NCBI GenBank assembly: GCA_013824325.1
Contig: PNNP01000001.1
Coordinates: 1 to 43,155 of the forward strand
Direction: 5' to 3'
Source of the DNA: Thermodesulfovibrio sp.
Lineage (GTDB): Bacteria; Nitrospirota; Thermodesulfovibrionia; Thermodesulfovibrionales; Dissulfurispiraceae
Length of the DNA stretch: 43,155 bases
Shown piece by piece: positions 34,948 through 43,155 of this stretch; position 1 is the stretch's first letter; each line of letters begins with the position of its first letter. Position numbers and translations under genes: made by a program. A model generated the notes under the pieces. That model saw nothing but the letters and a program-made list of their open reading frames with translations, did no database searches and was not told the DNA's origin.

Positions 34948-36206
34948 TATAAGCCCAGTTCCTCCGGCACCCCGATCCTTCCGAGCACCGCTGAAGCTGC
35001 TGCAACAGCAGGATTGGAGAGATAGACCTCGCTTTCAGGATGACCCATTCTTCCCACAAAATTTCTGTTTGTGGTTGCTATTGCCCTCTCTCCTTTAGCG
35101 AGAATTCCCATGTGTCCGCCCAGACATGGTCCGCAGGTTGGTGTTGAGACTACTGCCTCTGCATCAATAAATATATCTAACAGCCCTTCTTTCATTGCAT
35201 CTTTATAAATCTGCTGTGTTGCCGGAATGACAATCATTCTCACATTAGGATTCACCTTCCTGCCCTTTATCACCTGCGCAGCTTCTCTCAGGTCTTCCAG
35301 CCTGCCGTTTGTGCATGACCCGACAACCGCCTGGTCAATCGTGATGTGCGCAAGTTCTTTTGCAGGTTTTGTATTTGACGGCAGGTGAGGGCATGAAACG
35401 GTTAGCGGTATCTTTGAGCAATCGTATTCCCTTATTTCCACATATTTTGCATCAGCATCGGAAGTGTAGAATTTATAAGGCCTCTTTGCCCTTCCTTTTA
35501 CATAATTCTCTGTAATGCCGTCCGGGACAATGATTCCGTTCTTTCCTCCTGCCTCAATTGCCATATTGCACATGGTGAGTCTTCCGTACATGAGAAGATT
35601 TTGTATTACCTCACCTTCAAATTCTATTGCCCTGTATAATGCTCCGTCAACGCCTATATCGCCGATTGTGTGAAGTATTAAATCCTTTCCGCCGACCCAT
35701 TTGTTAAGCTTCCCGTAATAAATGAATTTCATTGACTCCGGAACCTTGAACCAGCATTCACCTGTTGCCATGGCAGCAGCAACGTCTGTGGAACCGACAC
35801 CGGTTGCAAAAGCGCCGAGTGCGCCATAAGTGCATGTATGGCTGTCAGCGCCGATTATTAAATCACCGGGCACGACAATGCCTTGTTCAGGCAGAAGTGC
35901 ATGCTCAATACCCATTCTGCCTACTTCAAAATATAATCCGAGATTGTATTCTTTTGAAAAATCTCTCAGCATCTTGCATTGCTCGGCTGCCTTAATGTCT
36001 TTCTGGGGTGCGAAATGGTCAGGGATGAGGGCTATGCGCTCTTTATCAAAAACATCTTTTGCGCCTGTCTTTTTAAATTCCTGTATTGCAATGGGAGCAG
36101 TTATATCATTGGCAAGGATAAGGTCAACCTTTGCATTTATTAATTCTCCTGCAGCGGCTTCTTTTTTCCCTGCATGTGCTGCAAGTATCTTTTCTGTAAT
36201 AGTCAT
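34947..36206 (-). CDS. leuC: 3-isopropylmalate dehydratase large subunit (short, archaeal-type LeuC/HacA)
   Basis: ~419 aa. Aconitase-family Cys ligands ([10 protein letters not shown]; GSCTNGR; TCGPCLG). The ATG at 36206 has GGAGGA 4 nt upstream; the ORF track starts at TTG 36224. Confidence 0.9.
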   Translation of the reverse strand: MTITEKILAAHAGKKEAAAGELINAKVDLILANDITAPIAIQEFKKTGAKDVFDKERIALIPDHFAPQKDIKAAEQCKMLRDFSKEYNLGLYFEVGRMGIEHALLPEQGIVVPGDLIIGADSHTCTYGALGAFATGVGSTDVAAAMATGECWFKVPESMKFIYYGKLNKWVGGKDLILHTIGDIGVDGALYRAIEFEGEVIQNLLMYGRLTMCNMAIEAGGKNGIIVPDGITENYVKGRAKRPYKFYTSDADAKYVEIREYDCSKIPLTVSCPHLPSNTKPAKELAHITIDQAVVGSCTNGRLEDLREAAQVIKGRKVNPNVRMIVIPATQQIYKDAMKEGLLDIFIDAEAVVSTPTCGPCLGGHMGILAKGERAIATTNRNFVGRMGHPESEVYLSNPAVAAASAVLGRIGVPEELGL

Positions 36207-36233
36207 GTATCCTCCGAAAATCAAGCATGGAGC

Positions 36234-37742
36234 TTATCTTCTTCTTATCGCCAGTTTGTTTAAGGCATTAATATATGCTTTTGCTGAGGCAACAATTATA
36301 TCTGTGTCCGCACCTTTGCCTCTTACAGTTCTGCCTTCTTCTTCAAGTGAGACCGTTACTTCACCCAAGGCATCAGTTCCGCCTGTGATGCTCTTTACAT
36401 CGAATTTCAAGAGATTGCTTTTTGTCTGTGTAATAGCTGCAATAGCCTTATATGTTGCGTCCACAGGTCCATCACCATGCTCCAGCCTGTCAATGATTTC
36501 TTCACCAACCTTAAGTTTTACTGTTGCTGTAGGTTTCTGATTGAAACCGCTTACAATATACAAATCGACAAGCTTATAAACCTCGGGTACCTTTGCAACC
36601 TCTTCGGAAATCAATGCCTCAATATCCTCATCAAATATATCTTTCTTCTGATCAGCAAGCTTTTTGAATCGTTCGAATGCCTTATTGAGTTCTTCGTCTG
36701 TAAGAATATATCCAAGCTCCTTGAGCCTTGTTTTAAAGGCATGACGTCCCGAGTGCTTACCGAGGACAAACTTTGTAGCATAAAGGCCTATACTCTCGGG
36801 CCTGATAATTTCATAGGTAGACTTCTCTTTTAGAAGTCCATCCTGATGGATGCCGGATTCATGCGCAAAGGCATTGGCACCAACAATTGCTTTGTTTGGC
36901 TGTACAGATATCCCTGTGATCTTTGTGACAAGCTTGCTGCTGCGCATTATCTCTTCAGTATTGATTTTGGTATCAGCATGAAAAATATCGCGTCTTGTTC
37001 TTAACGCCATGACAACCTCTTCCATGGAACAGTTTCCAGCGCGCTCCCCAATACCGTTGATCGTACATTCAATCTGTCCTGCCCCGTTTAGTACCGCCGA
37101 TAAAGAATTTGCAGTTGCAAGTCCGAGGTCATTATGACAGTGCACCGAGATTACAGCCTTATCGATATTCTTAACCTTATCGTGGATAGTCTTTATCATT
37201 ACACCGAATTCAACCGGGATACTGTATCCAACGGTATCCGGTATGTTCACTGTTGAAGCTCCTGCCTCTATAACAGCCTCTACAACCTCACAGAGATAAT
37301 GAATATCAGTTCTGGTCGCATCCATAGGTGAAAACTCCACATCATCCACAAAACTCCTCGCTAATGTAACCATCTCAACAGACCTTTTCAATGCCTCTTC
37401 TCTGCTCACGCGAAACTGATATTTGAGGTGTATATCAGAAGTAGAATGAAATGTGTGAATCCGTTTCTTTGGGGCATCTTTCAATGCCTCCCATGCGCTC
37501 TTTATATCTTCTTCCTTTGCCCTGGCAAGACTGCATATAATTGGACCTTCAACCTCATTGCTAATGGTCTTTATTGCCTCAAAATCACCGGGTGAACTGA
37601 ACGCAAATCCGCCTTCAATAATATCAACACCCAGCTTTGCAAGCTGTTTGGCAACCATCAGCTTTTCCTGAACATTCATAGATGCTCCAGGGGACTGCTC
37701 ACCGTCTCTGAGAGTGGTATCGAATATTTTAATGATTCTCAT
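36234..37742 (-). CDS. leuA: 2-isopropylmalate synthase
   Basis: 502 aa. Motifs IFDTTLRDGEQ, HCHNDLGLA.AN and HESGIHQDG, plus the C-terminal LeuA dimerisation/regulatory domain. Confidence 0.95.
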   Translation of the reverse strand: MRIIKIFDTTLRDGEQSPGASMNVQEKLMVAKQLAKLGVDIIEGGFAFSSPGDFEAIKTISNEVEGPIICSLARAKEEDIKSAWEALKDAPKKRIHTFHSTSDIHLKYQFRVSREEALKRSVEMVTLARSFVDDVEFSPMDATRTDIHYLCEVVEAVIEAGASTVNIPDTVGYSIPVEFGVMIKTIHDKVKNIDKAVISVHCHNDLGLATANSLSAVLNGAGQIECTINGIGERAGNCSMEEVVMALRTRRDIFHADTKINTEEIMRSSKLVTKITGISVQPNKAIVGANAFAHESGIHQDGLLKEKSTYEIIRPESIGLYATKFVLGKHSGRHAFKTRLKELGYILTDEELNKAFERFKKLADQKKDIFDEDIEALISEEVAKVPEVYKLVDLYIVSGFNQKPTATVKLKVGEEIIDRLEHGDGPVDATYKAIAAITQTKSNLLKFDVKSITGGTDALGEVTVSLEEEGRTVRGKGADTDIIVASAKAYINALNKLAIRRR

Positions 37743-38544
37743 CTTTCACCTCTTCAGTACCGGATAAATTCCTGAGGGGCTTCTCGGTTTCTGCCTGTTT
37801 TGAGTATCTTCTTTTTATAAAGAGATATATGTTTTCAATTATACCCCAAACAAGATATGCCATGGCAAAAATAAATATCGCTGTTGAAGGATGAATGAGT
37901 ATAGCAAAAAGGATAAGGACGAATATTATTAAGAACCAGAAAGGTTTTTTCTCCTTGAAATCTATTTCTTTGACAGCGTGATAACGGAACGTGCTTACCA
38001 TAATTAAAGCGAGCAGGATAGTGATGAACGGGAAAAAGAAGTTCTTTTCAGGCAATCCTTCCCAGAATTCATAATAAAATATGACTATGGAAGCCAGAAC
38101 AGTCGCAGCGCCCGGAATAGGCATGCCTTTGAATGCCTTTGAACCCGGAGTTCCTGTCTGGATATTGAATCTGGCAAGCCTCAATGCTCCGCATGCAACA
38201 AAAAGAAATGCCGCAGCCCATCCAACCCTGCCAAATGGAATGAGCGACCATTTATACATCATTACTGCAGGAGCGACGCCAAATGCCACGAGGTCAGAAA
38301 GTGAATCCAGTTCTATTCCGAAACGTGTGTTGGTATTGGTAAGTCTTGCAATCCAGCCGTCAAGCCCGTCGAATATATTTGCCAGCACTATTGCCCATGC
38401 AGCATGGAGAAAATTTCCATTGATTGCCGACAGAATAGCATAGAAACCGCAGAACATTCCGCAAAGTGTCAGTGCATTGGGCAGCAGGTATACACCTTTT
38501 TTAGGTTTTCTTCCGGGGTCTCTTTTTTTAAATTTAAATGTCAT
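37729..38544 (-). CDS. pssA: CDP-diacylglycerol--serine O-phosphatidyltransferase
   Basis: 271 aa membrane protein. CDP-alcohol phosphatidyltransferase motif DGLDGWIAR(x8)G.ELDSLSD. Confidence 0.9.
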   Translation of the reverse strand: MTFKFKKRDPGRKPKKGVYLLPNALTLCGMFCGFYAILSAINGNFLHAAWAIVLANIFDGLDGWIARLTNTNTRFGIELDSLSDLVAFGVAPAVMMYKWSLIPFGRVGWAAAFLFVACGALRLARFNIQTGTPGSKAFKGMPIPGAATVLASIVIFYYEFWEGLPEKNFFFPFITILLALIMVSTFRYHAVKEIDFKEKKPFWFLIIFVLILFAILIHPSTAIFIFAMAYLVWGIIENIYLFIKRRYSKQAETEKPLRNLSGTEEVKDENH

Positions 38545-38548
38545 CGTT

Positions 38549-40194
<1,646 letters not shown>

Positions 40195-40253
40195 TTATTG
40201 AAGATTAGAATATTGTATTATATTACATATTTTGCAAAATATTTTCTCATTTG

Positions 40254-40283
40254 TTGTCTATTTCGGTATAAAGACTTTAAAAT
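40254..40283 (+). promoter_or_regulatory. putative promoter TTGTCT-18-TAAAAT, 6 nt upstream of the EamA ATG
   Basis: The -10 box at 40278-40283 is followed by TAACAG and then the ATG at 40290. No SD. The AT-rich context weakens the call. Confidence 0.35.
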
Positions 40284-40289
40284 TAACAG

Positions 40290-41168
40290 ATGGAAAACAT
40301 CTGGGTAATTCTTTCACTTATTGCTGCATTTACGCTCGCAACCAGCGATGCCCTCACAAAAAAGGCATTGTCTGTTCATAATGAGTATTTGATTGCATGG
40401 CTGCGCCTCCTGCTTTCTTTGCCTTTTCTTTTTATAGCACTGTTATTTGTTCCCATCCCGCAGATTAACAGGGATTTTTACATAGCATCTGCATGTGCAT
40501 TACCGCTTGAGGTAATTGCAATGATACTCTATATAAAGGCTTTGAAGATTTCACCGTTGAGTCTAACCATGCCCTTTCTTTCACTGACACCTTTATTTCT
40601 AATAGTTGTTGCCTATATCCTTCTCGGAGAAAAACTGACATTTTTAGGAGGGATAGGCGTTCTGTTTATTGTAGCCGGCAGTTATACACTTAATATAAAA
40701 GAAGCAAAAAAAGGCGTATTCGAGCCGTTTGCAGCAATAAAAAAAGAAAAGGGCTCAATATTCATGATAATTGTTGCCATTATTTATAGTGTTACTGCTT
40801 CACTCTGCAAAAAGGCTATTGAGAATTCATCTCCCGTATTCTTTGCAGTCACCTATATCACAGTTCTGGTAATAATTTTTACTCCGATAGTTATGTATAA
40901 AAGTAAAGATGAGCTGCAGATGGTTTTCAGAAAAGGGGCCATAAAGAAATCAATCCTTCCCGGCATATTTCATGCGATAATGCTTATTTCCAGTCTTATA
41001 GCAGTAAGTTTAACGAATGTCGCCTATATGATTTCGGTTAAGAGATTGAGCCTGCTGATAAGTATTTTTTACGGATATATGTTTTTCAGGGAAAAGGGCA
41101 TAAAAGAGAGGCTGCTGGGAGCTGCTTTCATGCTTGCAGGATTTATACTGATAGTTTTTTATCAATGA
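40290..41168 (+). CDS. EamA/DMT-superfamily transporter (10 TM helices)
   Basis: 292 aa, two EamA-like halves, hydrophobic throughout. Confidence 0.8.
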   Translation: MENIWVILSLIAAFTLATSDALTKKALSVHNEYLIAWLRLLLSLPFLFIALLFVPIPQINRDFYIASACALPLEVIAMILYIKALKISPLSLTMPFLSLTPLFLIVVAYILLGEKLTFLGGIGVLFIVAGSYTLNIKEAKKGVFEPFAAIKKEKGSIFMIIVAIIYSVTASLCKKAIENSSPVFFAVTYITVLVIIFTPIVMYKSKDELQMVFRKGAIKKSILPGIFHAIMLISSLIAVSLTNVAYMISVKRLSLLISIFYGYMFFREKGIKERLLGAAFMLAGFILIVFYQ

Positions 41169-41187
41169 GAATGCATTTTCTGATTCA

Positions 41188-41196
41188 TGGTATAAT
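41188..41196 (+). promoter_or_regulatory. extended -10 element TGGTATAAT, 5 nt upstream of the NfeD ATG
   Basis: TGGTATAAT at 41188-41196, then TTTCT, then the ATG at 41202. No SD. Confidence 0.4.
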
Positions 41197-41201
41197 TTTC
41201 T

Positions 41202-42521
41202 ATGTCTAAAAAGCTAATCCCTCTTTCATTTTTTATTCTTTTGATAGTCACATTTTCTCACCTGTCTTTTCTTCAAGGAGAGAATAAGCAAGCCGAAGTT
41301 CAGAGAGAAATACTGGTCATTACCGTAAACAGCGTTATAAACCCTGTTGCTGCCGAATATGTATCAAAGTCTATCAAAAAGGCGTCAGAGATGAGGGCAG
41401 AGGCGCTAATTATTGAACTGGACACACCCGGAGGTCTTGATACATCAATGAGAAGCATTGTCAAGGAGATCATCGGAAGCAGTGTTCCGGTAGTGGTCTA
41501 TGTTTCACCGAGCGGAGCAAGGGCAGCTTCTGCAGGTGTCTTTATAACCCTGTCTGCACATATTGCTGTGATGTCGCCCGGAACCAATATAGGCGCTGCA
41601 CATCCTGTGGCTGTTGGGGAGAAAATGGATAAGGTCATGGCTGAAAAAGCCACAAACGACGCAGCAGCTTATATCAAATCTATTGCAGAACAGCATGGCA
41701 GAAACGCAAAGTGGGCTGAGAATGCTGTAAGGAAGAGCGTTTCAATAACAGAAACAGAGGCATTGAAAAATAATGTTATTGACCTGATTTCAAAGGATAT
41801 AAATTCACTGCTTTCAGAAATTGATAACAGGGAAGTAAAGACCGCTGCAGGCAGCAAAATATTGAAAACTTCCGGTGCAAAAATCGTCAGGCATGAAGCC
41901 GGCATAAGGAATAAGATTCTTAATTTCATAAGCGACCCGTCCGTGGCTTATATGCTCATGCTTTTAGGTTTTTACGGCCTGTTTTTTGAATTGACAAATC
42001 CCGGCTCATTACTCCCCGGGATAGTCGGCGCAATAGCCCTTATTCTTGCCTTTTATTCATTCCAGACACTTCCTGTGAATTACGCAGGGCTTTTACTCAT
42101 TATTACAGGCATCATACTTTTTATACTTGAGGTAAAAGTCGCATCTTGCGGGATGCTGACTGTTGGAGGTCTGGTATGCCTTATACTGGGCTCTTTAATG
42201 CTCTTTGACTCACCATCGCCATTTTTAAGGCTTTCCCTATCCATAATACTCCCTGCCGCTATAGTTACAGCCATGTTTTTTATAGTGACTTTCAGGCTTG
42301 CTTACAAGGCACACAAGAAAAAACCTATTACAGGAACTGAAGGTCTCATAGGTCTTGAATGTGTGGCAAAGACAGATATCAGACCGGATGGAGGCACAGT
42401 TTTGCTACACGGCGAGTTCTGGTCAGCTTATTCAGACGGATTTATTTTGAAAGACGAAAAAGTCATCGTTGAGGATGTCAAGGGATTAAAGGTTAAAGTT
42501 AGAAAAACTTCTGCACACTAA
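41202..42521 (+). CDS. NfeD-family membrane-bound serine protease (ClpP-class N-domain + TM region + C-terminal OB/NfeD domain)
   Basis: 439 aa with a signal peptide. ClpP-like core (LDTPGG, GARAASAG with the nucleophile Ser context), 4-5 TM helices, and a C-terminal beta domain (G..G.V.LHGEFWSA). Confidence 0.85.
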   Translation: MSKKLIPLSFFILLIVTFSHLSFLQGENKQAEVQREILVITVNSVINPVAAEYVSKSIKKASEMRAEALIIELDTPGGLDTSMRSIVKEIIGSSVPVVVYVSPSGARAASAGVFITLSAHIAVMSPGTNIGAAHPVAVGEKMDKVMAEKATNDAAAYIKSIAEQHGRNAKWAENAVRKSVSITETEALKNNVIDLISKDINSLLSEIDNREVKTAAGSKILKTSGAKIVRHEAGIRNKILNFISDPSVAYMLMLLGFYGLFFELTNPGSLLPGIVGAIALILAFYSFQTLPVNYAGLLLIITGIILFILEVKVASCGMLTVGGLVCLILGSLMLFDSPSPFLRLSLSIILPAAIVTAMFFIVTFRLAYKAHKKKPITGTEGLIGLECVAKTDIRPDGGTVLLHGEFWSAYSDGFILKDEKVIVEDVKGLKVKVRKTSAH

Positions 42522-42622
42522 ATTTGCAGGGATGTGCTAACTCATTAGAGTAAAGTAAATAGTCCTATTGGAGATTTCGGCTTTTTCAGCTATAATATGA
42601 AAAAATCTTACAGGTTTCTGTT

Positions 42623-42952
42623 ATGTCCATTGTTGCTGTTTTAAAGGAACGAAAGAAGAGGAAAAAAGCTTTGAGGGCTGGCGCCCTGAAAGAGGCAGAA
42701 AGACTTGCGTCCCTTTTGCGGCAGCACTACGAATTTGAGTCATTATATCTGTATGGCTCTGTTATGACAGATAGATTTGGTTATCATTCAGACATTGACA
42801 TGGCAATCAAGGGTCTGGAAATTCAAAATTTTTTTAAGGCATATGCTTTGCTTATAAAGGAAAGCATATACAGGATTGACCTAAAACCTTTTGAGGAGAT
42901 GACAGAAGACTTCAGAAAAAAGGTTCTAACAGGAGGGGTTAAAATTGAATAA
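42623..42952 (+). CDS. MNT-type nucleotidyltransferase (Pol-beta superfamily), antitoxin-like
   Basis: 109 aa. GS(x9-10)DxD signature in LYLYGSVMTDRFGYHSDIDMAI. Confidence 0.75.
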   Translation: MSIVAVLKERKKRKKALRAGALKEAERLASLLRQHYEFESLYLYGSVMTDRFGYHSDIDMAIKGLEIQNFFKAYALLIKESIYRIDLKPFEEMTEDFRKKVLTGGVKIE

Positions 42953-43155
42953 GGATATTTTAAGGTCAATAGTCGCTGAGATTGAAAAGGAAGTGGATAA
43001 TCTTAAGGAACTCAAAAGAGAGATGAAAGAAATCAAATCAGAGAAGTCAATCGTATTCAGGAGGTCAATGGGTTCAATACTGCATGACTTTTATAACTGT
43101 TGCGAAAGGATATTCAAAAAAATCGTCATTGAGATTAACGGCGAATACGAAGAAA
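42945..43155 (+). CDS. partial ORF (runs off the window): putative HEPN-like partner of the nucleotidyltransferase
   Basis: TTG start has AGGAGGGG 6 nt upstream and overlaps the NTase stop by 8 nt. Open for 70 codons to the window edge (LNKDILRSIVAEIEK...GSILHDFYNCCERIFKKIVIEINGEYEE). The Rx4-6H motif is not yet reached, so identity rests on context. Confidence 0.4.
   Translation, partial: MNKDILRSIVAEIEKEVDNLKELKREMKEIKSEKSIVFRRSMGSILHDFYNCCERIFKKIVIEINGEYEE

Overview
AT-rich bacterial chromosomal window. I found no rRNA, tRNA, CRISPR array, transposase or integrase. About half of it (9.0-28.3 kb, + strand) is a complete, tightly packed dcw cell-division and cell-wall cluster: mraZ-rsmH-ftsL-ftsI-murE-murF-mraY-[DD-carboxypeptidase]-murD-ftsW-murG-murC-murB-ddl-ftsQ-ftsA-ftsZ. 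It has a near-consensus Pmra promoter and three 10-bp-phased GTGG(T/A) repeats that look like MraZ boxes. A B12/radical-SAM gene follows ftsZ. On the minus strand (40.2 to 33.0 kb) lies one long apparent operon mixing branched-chain amino acid and phospholipid genes: ilvC-psd-pssA-leuA-leuC-RidA-DUF3786-hydrolase. It has no leuD. The left end carries housekeeping genes: MFS transporter, tsaB, rimI, FmdB zinc ribbon, larB, gpsA. The accessory-looking parts are: (i) 4.7-7.7 kb, with a TlpA-like redoxin, a secreted LpoB/CsgG-like + FGE/C-type-lectin-fold protein and a UPF0175/PIN toxin-antitoxin pair; (ii) 30.0-32.2 kb, with an orphan protein, an L,D-transpeptidase, a decayed gene ending in a zinc ribbon and a REC-PilZ regulator; (iii) the right edge, with an MNT-type nucleotidyltransferase plus a truncated partner ORF. 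The most interesting signal is the last ~134 nt of the FGE-fold gene. It is GC-rich, adenine-poor, built largely of NNC/NNT codons and carries a 1-nt frameshift. That pattern is the signature of a diversity-generating-retroelement variable region, but no reverse transcriptase or template repeat is present in the window. Other observations: several genes with a -10 box 5-8 nt upstream of the ATG and no Shine-Dalgarno (possible leaderless mRNAs), lineage-specific insertions in MurE and MurD, and a G->S change at the expected Psd self-cleavage site.
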